Shown: one piece after another, positions 45,702 to 58,200 of the stretch
How positions within the stretch are numbered: position 1 is the first letter of the stretch
How the letters are laid out: the number at the start of each line of letters is the position of its first letter
From: Chlorokybus atmophyticus
Lineage: Eukaryota; Plantae; Mesostigma and Chlorokybus algae
NCBI GenBank assembly: GCA_009103225.1
Contig: RHPI01003041.1
Location: 391,439 to 455,438 of the forward strand
Direction of reading: 5' to 3'
Length of the DNA stretch: 64,000 nucleotides
Translations under genes and position numbers: made by a program
Notes under the pieces: generated by a model
The model's input: the letters and a program-made list of their open reading frames with translations, nothing else
Databases searched by the model: none
What the model was told of the DNA's origin: nothing

Positions 45702-46337
45702 ACGAAGTTGGCGAGCCTTGACAAGGGCTCCATGACGAGTTTTTTGCAGAGCAATGGAAAAACCTTAACTTGGCTAACACGTGTATGGCCCTGCTTTAAA
45801 TCAACCGTTATAAAGGATGAATTGCACGATCGTTTTTAAGGCAGAGTGTTTGAGCGGCAGAAGAAGATTGCTGATTTGTACAGGTTGAAAAAGAAAGGGC
45901 TAGTTGCAGAGTACCAAAAGGCTCGTGGTTTATGCAATACTGCGAGGGTTGCTTATTTTTCTTTTATCCTGTCGTCAATGACATTGTCGTTAGCTAATGC
46001 ATGTGGGGCTTGTAATCGGGTGGAGGGGCTTACAGTAACCATTCACACAAGCTCCCCAGCCTTTGGGGGCTTTTATACAGGTTGTAACAACACCACCGTC
46101 GCCGGTGATGCCCCTTCAATCCTCTACCCCAACACCCACACCGCCTATGACAAGCCTTTCAACGGCGTGGCCGCCACTGAGCAGAGAAGTGAAAGTCCCT
46201 CACATCAGTTTGATGTAACCTTTTATATAAAAAGTATATCAAATATATACCCCTCAATAATTAACTCACAACTAGACATCGACCCTACAGATAGGGTAGT
46301 AAGGAAATCTAGCGTGAGCCAATCACAGCTCAGATAA
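45702..46337 (+). pseudogene. Decayed LTR-retrotransposon (Ty3/Gypsy-like) Gag fragment with an in-frame stop
   Basis: One frame reads MTSFLQSNGKTLTWLTRVWPCFKSTVIKDELHDRF*GRVFERQKKIADLYRLKKKGLVAEY, resembling the Retrotrans_gag pattern (SxL.G.A.TW...W..FK..L...F...L..L.Q.G.V.EY). TAA at 45837-45839. The frame stays open to 46337 without further recognisable similarity. Confidence 0.5.
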
Positions 46338-46606
46338 GGTACCTATCGATAAGGTACCTATCGAAAGACACCTATCGTAAGGTACCCAACGAGATAGTGA
46401 CCACATTATATCAAATGTGACACTAAATAAGCTTGAAAAAGCGGTTCTACACCCATTGGGACTTATTTAAGCTATGATAAAGCATCATAGCCTTCAATAA
46501 GCGAGGAACCGTAGAAAAGAGGTATAAATAAGCATATATAAACACTTATTCATACAAAATGTGTTATTTAGGTAGCAATAATACCCCTATTATTGCTCCC
46601 GTTACA
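46214..46606. mobile_element. LTR-like segment bounded by TGTAAC...GTTACA
   Basis: 6-bp inverted termini. The right end reads TGTAACGGG on the minus strand, the same 9-mer that opens the TRIM LTRs at 61744 and 62190. TATAAATA at ~46522. No matching TSD, PBS or PPT found. Confidence 0.3.
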
Positions 46607-49600
46607 CAGGTAGTTGCATTAATGTGTCGTGTAAAACTTTGGTTTGACCCCCACGTAATGTTATTGTGCGCTTTGCTTGCTCCCCATGCATGGGCATTGT
46701 TGCTTTTTGACCTACATCCAAGCTTTTTAAATGCAACTCTTGTGTGTTATGTGCGCACGTGTGTTGAGTTTTTACGCCTAAACACGAAAACAATGCCTTT
46801 ATAAAATCACCATGTTTAAATGCAAGCTTCTGATTGTAAAGTAATGCGCGGTGTGAAATGGCAATCTATGCTATCGTTACGAGTTTGTTAAAAGATGAGT
46901 TTACCCGATTGGTATTATACGTGTTGCATCCACAAGCTGCATTGTGTGCCTGTGAATATGTAAGTATAATTCACATGAGCGCGAATCTTGTTATACACAC
47001 GTAACACTACATTGCCGGGTAACTGTACTTTAAACTTGTATCAAAACTCTATTAGATAACTTTAATAATTACAACTTCGATGCCATGTGGGTAACATGCC
47101 ACAATCATTGTAGATCATTAAAGATCACACTTCCTGGGAGAGCGTTCCTTACAATGTGTGCAATAAAAGAGAAATACTCGTTGAGTTGATCAGCTCATGA
47201 ATGTGACATGAAAAAACATGAGATGGTTATAGTGATGCAACCTACCACATGCTGCCATAAATAGGCGTGCCGTATGCAAGTTGCGCAATGTGCCATACTG
47301 TTATCACTTAACACTGAATTTGTCAATGTACACTTGTGTGAGTGTACATTCGTAAGGCCCTCCTTGGCACGGCCTTCGTGACCGAAAGTGTTGACATTAC
47401 ATGGCATATGATATATCAATAGACAGAACTCGGCGTGAGGTATCCATCAAAATATTGTGCATAAAATCTGGCGCGGTAAAGCGAAAGTTATGCTTGCTAA
47501 CGTACGACTACGTCGTTGGGGCTCGCTGTTGGGACCTGTTTTGATGACAAGACACTGTCATTTAAGTGGGCTTAACTTTTTGTAGCAAAGGAATCTTTCG
47601 ATGAGTAAACATTGAAAATTGTTCTGCTCGACGAGAGCAATCCAATGCGTTTATGATTTCCGCGAAATTTCCATACATGGAGCCGTATGGACGCTACAAT
47701 AGGCCTTGCATAACTGTACACAAAAATGTACATTGACTTTTCTTGATTTAAATGCTTATCGTAATGCAACTCTGCACACACAAGAAACCAGAAGGTCTAA
47801 AACTCTGTACACTTGTTGCGTTAACTGTTGTTGACATGTGTATCAAGTTTTAGCCTTAAATACCGAGTGATGCAAAAGATATGAGCGTGCCCACGAGGTG
47901 AGATAACTGTACACTTAAGTGTACATTTACGAACCTAATGTTAAAGGCCATCTTAAATTTGATAATGTGTGCACAAGTGAATATAATATGTGATTGTTAG
48001 CATGCATAAATGCTAATACAAGGTGAATAGCTTAACTATGCATGGTATAGCAAGTGCTATCTCATGAGTACCCACGGAGTCATGTTGTGTTGCAGGTTTT
48101 GTATGATTTTAATAATTGTGACGTCGATACACTATGAGCCAGTAATTCAATTAACTTTCTTGTGTTGGCCTTCCTATTCGGTTGTTAACTATTTATGACA
48201 GGACATGTATCAATACTATACATTTTGCAAACTCGTGGTCAAGGAAGGCCGATGTTACAAGTGTTGAAGATGGTACAATAGCCATCATAACGTTGAAAGA
48301 CGCTTTCCGCGCATAGAACGAAATTTACATGAGGACTCAACTGTTATCATGTATATAACTGCCAGCGATTGTGATGGTATCTTCAGAAAGTTTACGCATG
48401 CAAAGTCCTTTAACAAGCGAAGTATCATAGGGTACATCGTTTCGTCAATGATTGCAACAATTTGCTGTGACAAAAAACCGACTTGTTTAGTTGCTTATTC
48501 ACAACGAATGTCTTATGGCGAGCTCGTTGAGTCACATGAAACATGTATCAACACTTATCTGTTATCTTGTATATGGTTGCCAATGATCATCATGCTAGCT
48601 TATCAGAGTATAATATGAACGCAATGTCTTTACATAAGAGAAATATTGTGGGTTACATTGCTTGATCAATAATTGCAATGAATTACACCTACTGCGACAA
48701 ACTTTGACTTACATACGCCGTGATTTAGAGTCACAATGTTTGATGAGTTTACATATAAGCGAGACTTGGTAACAAACAGCGACATGTACATGGACGACAA
48801 CAAGTGATAACTCGTGAATATTAACCGTTTGTATTGGATAATCCTTTTCGTTGTTATGAAGCAACACATATCCTTGTGTACGAAAGCAATGTATAAGGAG
48901 TGCAAGTTTGCAATTTGGATAAGTGTTGGTTACTTTGCTTACATGCAATCATCAGTGCAAGTAAGATGTGAATTAACTATGATCGTACTTTGCGAATACC
49001 ATAATCAAAACATGGAGTGACACATGGTACCTTACATTGAATGCATCAAGTACATCATACATGATGTATATTGTACTTGGTGCATCCACAGTGTTGCCAA
49101 AGATGACCGGATCGGTTGCGGGCCACTTCGCGCGGGTGAATGTTTTATATCGTTGATGTAAAACGCATGATTGCATGTTCCTTGCGTTGCTACAATTTAT
49201 GCAAATGGAAACACATGCTATGCGTCATCACACACGTGACGTGTGTGAGATGACGATTAAAATGTGAGTAATTTTGTTGTAGTTTTTGCATAAGAATTGT
49301 TGATCAAAGATGTAATGGTCGCGTGTTGTATTCAGTATAACGTACCGCATATATATACGTTAAGCTCGCACTTGAAGCAATGTCAGTTATAGCGTTAATA
49401 TTTATTGGACAGTTGAACAAGACATCCTATTGAATAGCATAAGGTATATGTTGTACAGATGAATAAGACATGTTACTAAACAATATAGATTATGTATGTA
49501 CATATTTTATCCAACATGAACATGATTGCCCTGCATGCAGGCGACTAAGACTAGAACTAGTGTCACACTATTAATACTACTAGCGTTTGTGGTGTAGTGG

Positions 49601-52298
49601 AAGTTGTTGTGTCCATGTAATGTCGTTGCCAGTGTGAGCAACTACCGATATGAATCAAATAGCATTCTTTCCCATAAGATGATAAGCTTGTCTTTAAAAA
49701 CTCATTTTTTTTAACAAATGCAATACATTACCACAATGCGTACACGTGCGCGTGCGTAAGCGCTTGCCATGTGAGGGGCATTATCAATAATCGCTTTGAC
49801 ATGCTATACAATGACCCACGTGCATTGCGAACATTTTGCTGGAATCCACTTTTGTTTGACATTAGGAACAAGCTTTACGAAACCCTTCATCGAGCCTTCC
49901 GCAAATGCACGACGCCTCATATACGTTACCGATGACACTTATGACACTTATATATTTATGACGTGTGAGTATCATGACATGTTGACATCATTGGTTGATC
50001 GATACCACACCATCAAGCATATCCGAACAGCTTTATGCATGCAAGCTAGGGTTGTTGAGAACGCCGTTCCACGTATCTGGGCAGCGTAAAATATTGGTGT
50101 GTGAACAAAGTACACACGTGCCGTTGCACAAACAAGCGCTTACAACATCAGTGTTCGCCTGATTTACACAGATGTGATCTTGTTGTAACTTCTGTGCGTA
50201 CGAGTGTGTGTGCGTCTGCGTATGTCTGCATGGTGCTAAGTTTCACTAATGAACACATCATGATTCTTAGTGATTATGCAGTGTTCAAATGTGCCACCAT
50301 GGAGTTAGATGCGGCGCATGTGTAGAGTGATGTGCGTGCGTGCGCGCGCGCACATGCGCTTGCACACACATCTACGCAGCGCAAGCATATGAGGCCGTTG
50401 AGTACACATCCCTGTCAGACAAATTCATGAGTGCTGCAGGTTGCTGTCGACATTTACTGACTAATACCTGTCATTCTGTCTGTTTGCATTGTCACCAGCA
50501 CCGTTAGCCATGCCATGTTGCCCCTCAACACCGAAGCAGGCTGAACTGAACACAAGTACACACGTACCAGCCATGGTACCAACAACTACATTCACACTGC
50601 TGCAACGCAAAGAATAATGCATATGTGTGCGCGTGCCTGTGCGCAGGCATGCACACGCACACGCACACACACACATATGCACGACCACATGCACGCAGGT
50701 GCGCGCTCGCGTACACACGCACGTGTGAATGCGTGCGCGTGCCTGTGCGCAGGCACGCGCACATGCCCATCCTCATGTGACATGTGCACGCTCGCACGCA
50801 TCTGTGTGCGCGTGCACGTGTATGCACGCCCGCACCTATGTGAGTACATGTCAGACGCTTTACAACCATCCTCTACCTGGTTGAGAGCGGCCAGTTGTGC
50901 ACACAGCTAGCTATCCAGCGTCTGGTTGTGGCTTGTGCCTTTGCCGCTGCCAGGATTGGCTTGGTTGGAAGAAGCTGCCTCATTGAGAGTCACTGCGCCC
51001 GCGTTTGTCTGTGTATGCGCTCGAACGTGTACACGTTTAGGTGTGCGCGTGTGTGCACGTTGGTGTGCATTTGCACGTGTACACAAAACCTCATATTGCA
51101 TACATACACACAACAGCTCTCCCATCAACAGTATAGGTACTCACCCCACTCTCTCTCTCTCCATGTGCAGCTCTCAGCAACAACATGACCTGTCTGGCGC
51201 TGTCCATTCCTGCCCTCTTTGTCTGCGTGCGCGCCCGCAAGTACTGCGTGTGCGTGTGTGTAGGTAGGCTGAGAAGTTCTGTTTGTATAAAGAGTGAGGG
51301 GTAACTAATGGCATGCCCATGACTTGCATGGCACCGTACAGGCAATGTCGCACACGTAGGCACCGTCACAAGCACTCCGTCATGCACAGACCACCGGGCT
51401 CACTACTTAGCTAAGTCTCTCACGTAGCTGTGTGTACTTACAATGCAAAACGGCAATGTGTGTGTGTGCGTGCGCGTGTGTATTTACAATACAGGCGATG
51501 CAAGAAGTTGTAACATGCATGAGAGTGTGTTACATGCATGAGCGTGGGTGGGTGTGCACAATATGCAGGACACGCATGCGCATGCATTGGACATGCATTG
51601 AGACTGTAACCGCATCACATGCACCACGCGCACAGCATCGACCTTAAATCAGTAAACTACCGGGCTACCTTACTACACGGCTAGTCTACTCTACTCTACT
51701 GCCCCGACGTGGGGGGTGGGGGGGGTGGGGGGGGGAGGACAAAAGATGCAAAGGGGAACTGTGTAGGGAGCTTGTAACGCAGTGAAGTGATGCCGAACAA
51801 TGCGAATTAGTGGGGGGTTCGAATATGTACGGGTTCAGTCACCAGCCCACACACAGCGCCAGGAACATTTGGCCAGGGTGTGCATGTGTGCACAAAAGAT
51901 GGAGTGCTGGTAAGACTGCATGCAAGGGCGTGTGCACAAGCAATGTTAACAAGATTACATCACCACAAGCACATCATGTGCATATACGACCATGGTCAGC
52001 TTGCTTGCACATCAACTTGCACAAGGAGCGTCGAACATGTATTGCTAACGTACCCCCCCCCCCTTCAACAGCTCTAGTTCTCTCTTGCCACATCTTGAAC
52101 ATACACGCTGCTGGCGATTGAATTAGCCATCCGCCTGCTACAGCCATACCTATAGACCCATATCACAACGTTTGGTCAGTCGTGTCTCAAGCCCAGCCCA
52201 ACTGTGAACCTCAACTGCTTGCATTACAGCGGGGTGGACATAGTGTCGTGCATGTATATACCTACACACATACACGCAGTGCGAACACCACGTATTTC

Positions 52299-55200
52299 CT
52301 ATTGTTGAGGGCACACTTGTATCGCGCAAACAAGCGCAGAGTCCTTGCTAGCCACCAGGCTAATGGCAATGGCCTGGCCTGGTTTGTTCTGAACCACCAC
52401 ATTGAATGACTTCACCACCGCCGTGAAAGGGCCCTTTGCTGCCGCCACAATGTCAAAGTTGGGCAACACTGTTGCACCCTGCACGGGTGAACATGAATGC
52501 CATGTTAGTGTGATTATGTGATGAGTTGAAGAAAGTTGGGTCCAATGCATGTACCTGAAGTTTGATGTCGAACACGCGCTGGCCACTCTCATGCCAGTAA
52601 GTCTCAGCAAAGTGCAGCGTCACCGTATATGAGCCCGCTGTTGCTACCGGGACCGTGTAACTGCGCATCCAAATGTTGGTGTCTAATATTGCCTCACAGT
52701 TGCGCGTGCTACACAACAGCATGCGTTGATGCTGTATCATATGGAGCAGTCGTCACTGATGAGTGCATACAACACGCACAACATGACACCAAAGGGCAAC
52801 TGAAGCTGCGAGAATGGTCATGTTGATACCTGAAGCTGCCGTATCGGTATGACTTGTATAATTGTTCAAGCCCGACTTTGGCGCCCAGCATGGCGCAGCT
52901 ACCTGCACACGAAACACACACATCAACGCGACATGATGTTTGCGTGCTGACACGCGTTGCGTTGACGTTTGATCACCCAGAGATATTCACACCTGCACTG
53001 GCTGTTGCACCTCCCTGGTAGTAATCATCTGCCTTCCACACATCACCCGAGAAGTCTGCATCACCCGTGCACAAAGGCGTAAACAACTCGTCGACCCCAT
53101 TGCTACCACCCCATGAGACTGCAACACACCCTCCACAACTTCCATCACAAAATAGTGTTACGAACAACCACAACGTTGCTCACCAGTGAAGCCGCTGTTG
53201 CTCCCTGCCGATATCAGCACGCACCTTCCCGGAAGCTTCGGTGGAGGCGTCGGCATGATGAGGCGCGGGCTTGGCACTTGTCCCGGCGCAGCCAACTTCA
53301 TTGATAACCATGCACCAGATGCTGCACATTGATGGTGATGGTGATGATGATGTTGATGGTGGTGATGTTGTTGGTGTTGTTGATGATGATATTTATGATG
53401 GTGATGGTCTTACTTGTCAGCAGGGAATTTGGGCCTTGATAGGCAGCAGAGGAACAGTCGTATGCTTCGCCATAAGGCACTGTTGCCTGCCGCAGTTGCA
53501 TGATTGGTCATGCTGCGTTAGATAGCCCACACACAACACCATCATCACAGATAGACATATGCGTGTGCCCGCCTGTGCCCGCGTGTGCACGCATGCATGA
53601 GATGTTGTCTGCTGTCACATGTGAGCATGTGTGCGCAAGGACAGAATGCTTACATCAATCACAACATAATCGCAGCCTGTGCCGGGGCAGAAATCCTCAT
53701 CTGGGTCGGTGTGAATGTCGCGATACCGCTGCCCTCTTTGTCTGCACACAACCACAACAACCACAACTTGTCTCACAAACAATACACATCAACATTCGTG
53801 TTGGTGTCTTGCAGTGATTCAGTCGGCTTCAGGCAGCTTACTTGACTGTGACTACCAACAAGCCCCGTCCCACATCCCAGTAGTAAGCATTGGCGTTGCT
53901 GGCGCGTTGATTCGCGAGGGTGTTGGCTTGTGCAAGCTGCGCCAGCACGCCGTCCTGCGCATACATAACGCGTATGTGTGTTACACTTGTGCATTATGAG
54001 CACTGACGCACAACCATTCATGTTGGAGTGCGTGAGCATTTAAGTGTGCGCACGCGCGCGCGTACTGCACGAGTGCACAATGCGAGTACCAACCACATGC
54101 ATGCTTGCAGTCTTTGTCCTGCATGTTAGCAGCAACGTGATCACAAGTGGGTATGGTTGTTGATCAATGAATGTCAAAGCACGTACCGAGTAGAGGCCAA
54201 GGCCTCGCTGGACGGAGATTATGACTGTGTCTGGAGGGTAACAAACGCCCAGCTCCACCCACTCGCCCTGCAATGCAATACAAATTTGTGATGTGGTAGA
54301 GTGCCATATGCACAGTGTTTTGTTGCCTAGCATGTTCTGTATGAGACACAGGGACTCATACCTGATACGCATTGTCAAGCTGCAGTTGCAGCAGCTGTGG
54401 TGTTTGTGCATCGAAAACGAGCAGATACGACGCCCCAACCGACCTGTTAACATAGCCAGATTGGGGCCTGGCATTATGACATGATACCCTTGAGTCAATA
54501 CATGCACAGCGGTAAACTTTGAATAATGACCATATTGGCTGCCAGGTTCCGGCGTTGCCACTCAACACGAGCTCGCCGTCATTAATGTTGTCGCTGCTGA
54601 CTCTGTTGTTGAGTAACATGTGGAGAGAGTTGGGGTTGGCGCAAGGGCTGGACAAGCACTGGACCTGTTGCAGCGATGTTGGGCGCCAAGTTTCTTGTGG
54701 TACTCAGGGTCATGTTTATGAGTCACAAGGCAGCAGTGTGGTTGAACAAACTTGTAGTTACCTCTGCGTTGGCGTATGCTTGTGGGCAGATCAAGCCGTT
54801 GGCACCATCATTAATGCAGCCAGGAGCTTTGTAGAAGTTCCAGCTTAAGGGTAAGACTACTGCCTGCAAGCATATGTAAACAATCACGCACACGCACACA
54901 ATCAGGACCATAACCATGCATGTGTATGTACAGTACGCATGCAACCAAGCAGCACCACTTATATCTGACGGGGTCAATACGCATATATTGCTATAGATCC
55001 AGATGCATGCATATAGCGGGATGTGAATGAATCCCCAGGTATACGTACCCCTGCGTGTCCGGTCAATGAGCCGTCCGCATCATATATGTTGGTGGTCTTG
55101 CCTCCATCTGCCTGCATACGACATCAACACCGAGTCAACAATGCATACAAATCTGGCTTATGCTTGCGTGTGTAGTTCGTGTATGGGGCCAACGCGCAAA

Positions 55201-58200
55201 GTAACAAACACATGCATGCACTTACTTGAACATCTGAATTGCGTATATGAACGGGTGAGTTGACGAACTTGGCAGCCTGCAAACGCACACGTTTTTTGAC
55301 CAGACCTTGTCCATATATTTACAGGCTTGTAGTAGTGCACAGGAGTACCATCTCCTCACCCGCAGGTTTGTGCTTGTGTGCATGAAGAACACGTTGTAGA
55401 CGCGAGGCTCCAGCGGCGTGCACTGCGCTCCATTGTAGTTGATGAAAGTACACCTGACACAGACACGACATAAGCGCACGCACATAAGATGAAGTTCATT
55501 CTGGCCCTCAGAAACAACAACACCTCATAAGACTTCGTAACTCACCCATCCAGGCTTTGCGGCCCGTCATAAACTCTGTACCCCACAATAGAGTTAGACA
55601 CAGACGTGTCCACAGGGTTTCCCGGGTTGCCGCTTCTCCCAACAAACACGTTGCCGACCAGCATTGATAAACCGGGGTCCGGGTGGCCTCCCCTCCCTGC
55701 TATCTGCATGAAACATGAACAAATAAACAACCACAACCACAACCATGAGTGAGCTTTGTGTCTGTGAGCAGAGTAGTTGGGTGTATATGTATACACACAG
55801 ACACACAGACGTGTATGTGTGATGTTTGTGATGTAGTGTGTATTGTTCATCATTGTATGGCGCATCATGCATACTTGAACTCCTTCAGGGGTGTCAGCCC
55901 AAATGCATCTTGTCAAGGTTAGCTTATAGAGTCTGCCCCAAAGCCCTGAGTTAACAAGCTTCCATCCCTGCAATACGACAACAGTTATCCATACACAGTC
56001 ATAATCAACACAACGATAACAACAACATTAACACAACACAACAACAACACATGCTCATATAACAGCTCTTTGCAGCAGCAGCAAGAGCTGTCATACACAC
56101 CCATTGCTTACTTGGAAGTCCTGTATGTTGGGTGCGGTCCCGTCGCTGGGTGCCAACATGGCCAAGTTGGCGTGTTTGAACTGGTAGCCAACATCGTTAT
56201 CATCAAGTATGCCGCTCTCCACATTGAGCCCTCTCCTGCAGCAATAACATGTTGGTTTGCATGTTGATAGCATTGGTAATAAGACTCGAGTACTATCACT
56301 CACGCGCATGAGTGAGCCACATTGCGGGTGAATCCCGCAAACTTGGCTGCGGCGGGGTTTAATGAGCCGTAAAGCCCGAGAAGGCCTGATAAACCCTCGA
56401 CAGCGCCTCGTGTCTGTCATGCAGAGCCAAGCAAGTTGTTGTTAATGAATAATGTGTAATATGTTGTGTTACATCACAGACATGTGTTATGCGACAGCAA
56501 GGACTGAGGTTTACATTGACACGTACCTGGAACCAAAAGCCTGTGCCTTGGCAGCCGGAGGCTACGTTGTTGTTGAACACGTTGTTGCCATCTGCCATGT
56601 AAACGTTTTTGTCATGGTGAAAAGAAGTACAGGGGAGAAAACAGAAAACCCACACATACAAACACAAGCACGAAAGCAGGAAATAAGCAACAAGACAAGC
56701 AAAACGACAGCAAGGTGAATGATCAGGTAACGTAAGAATAAGGCAACAAACATCGCACAGGCATGAAAACACAACAGGTATTTTGAAAGGGTAGGATACT
56801 TAGACTGCCAACAACCATGATACCAACCATTATATATATACATCCACATGCGATGCGTCACTCACTTGTGATCCAAAAAGCGGACACCGCGATGGCATCC
56901 GCATCACTCCCCAGTCTTGCTCCCGTATTCTATCAAAACACACCAACACAGTGTTGTTGTTTGAAACACGTGCAACAATACTCGCACACACACCATAGTT
57001 GATGCAGCACTTGCCTTGGTCATGGTGTTGATGGCGAGGTTTCTGGTCAAGACATTGCCAAACTCTGCGCCATCCTCCAGCAGGAACGCGTGGCCTTGAG
57101 TGTTGAAGGCAACATTGCCACTCAACGCAACACCCTAGAAGCAGAGTGGTTGAAGTGGTTGTGACATGATGCATTTATGATTCTATCAGATGAGTACAAG
57201 TTATAAGGCAGTACTATCCCACTTACGTCAAATGATTTGAGCGTGTGACAAAGGCTCTAGGAGTGTCGTGTGATGCATGCATGTGGATGATCATGGAGTG
57301 AGTAAACTGTTGCAGGTTATAACACCCCATTCACGGCATCCCACCTGAGTGCCGTGTATGACGTAAGCTCTGAAATTGGAGTTTGAGGCCACGCAGTCGC
57401 GTACGTAAGTGCCTGTTGGGACGCGTCCGCACACATGGAAATGAATTGGATACCTGACGGGCAAAATAAAAGAGGGTCAAAGGGGATGTGTTATGCGCTT
57501 AATGACGGAACCCAGATTTGATTGTTGCAAACAGACTTGGCAAAAGCGTCGCCTTGACCGCCATTGATGACTGCCACCGCTTGGACGTGCACGGCTTTGA
57601 AACCCTGTTGTTGGTTTGGACACGTGTCCGGCTATCAGTGTTGAAGCTGTACAGTTCTACAGCACAACGGTGACAACTGACACACGTACACACCCGCACA
57701 TACCATGTATGCACCCGCACATACACACAACACATGCGTGCGGACACTTATGCATACGTGCGTGCGTGCGCACATGCGCGCGCATGCACGCACACGTGTG
57801 CACGCCTACAATCGCACATGTATGCATGGTGGTGCGCAACAAGGCTGTGCGCGGTATGTCCACAGTTGAACATCACCTTTACGAAAATGGTATGGCAGCC
57901 AATGGGAGCCCCGCCAACAATCTCAATACTGCGAGACAGCAGCGCAACCTCCGCCCTCTCATCCACACCATAGGTGACCTGTTTCAAGCCAACAACAACA
58001 TGGCCATTGTGGGGGACCATCTACCAGCAACATCAACAGTAAACAATTACAGCTTACCTGCCCATAGTGCATCCACTTGAGCGGGGCATCGACCACGATA
58101 GTTTGTCCTGCGATGCTTGCAATCTTCCGCACTTCACTCTACACAAGTACCACACAAATTGACAGCAGTTGGATTGCAAGTTTGGGTAGAAGTTGTGCAC

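Noticed and set aside
49525-49565. Helitron 3' end (CCTGCATGCAGG palindrome followed by CTAG)
   Set aside because: The stem is short, TGCA-based palindromes are ubiquitous here, and no 5' TC end or Rep/helicase remnant was found.
46800-50100. Endogenous viral or organellar insert in the AT-rich block
   Set aside because: Only short ORFs (under ~115 codons) are present, with no recognisable viral, plastid, mitochondrial or rRNA signature; most likely old TE debris.
50461-51390. Extra 3' exons giving the G8-malectin protein a transmembrane tail
   Set aside because: The malectin exon can end at a stop (52299). The downstream exon-like islands translate plausibly on either strand and cannot be chained unambiguously without cDNA.
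51711-51735. G-quadruplex (G6-T-G8-T-G9)
   Set aside because: It could fold, but it is equally explained as a simple homopolymer or polypyrimidine tract on the minus strand; nothing else supports a function.
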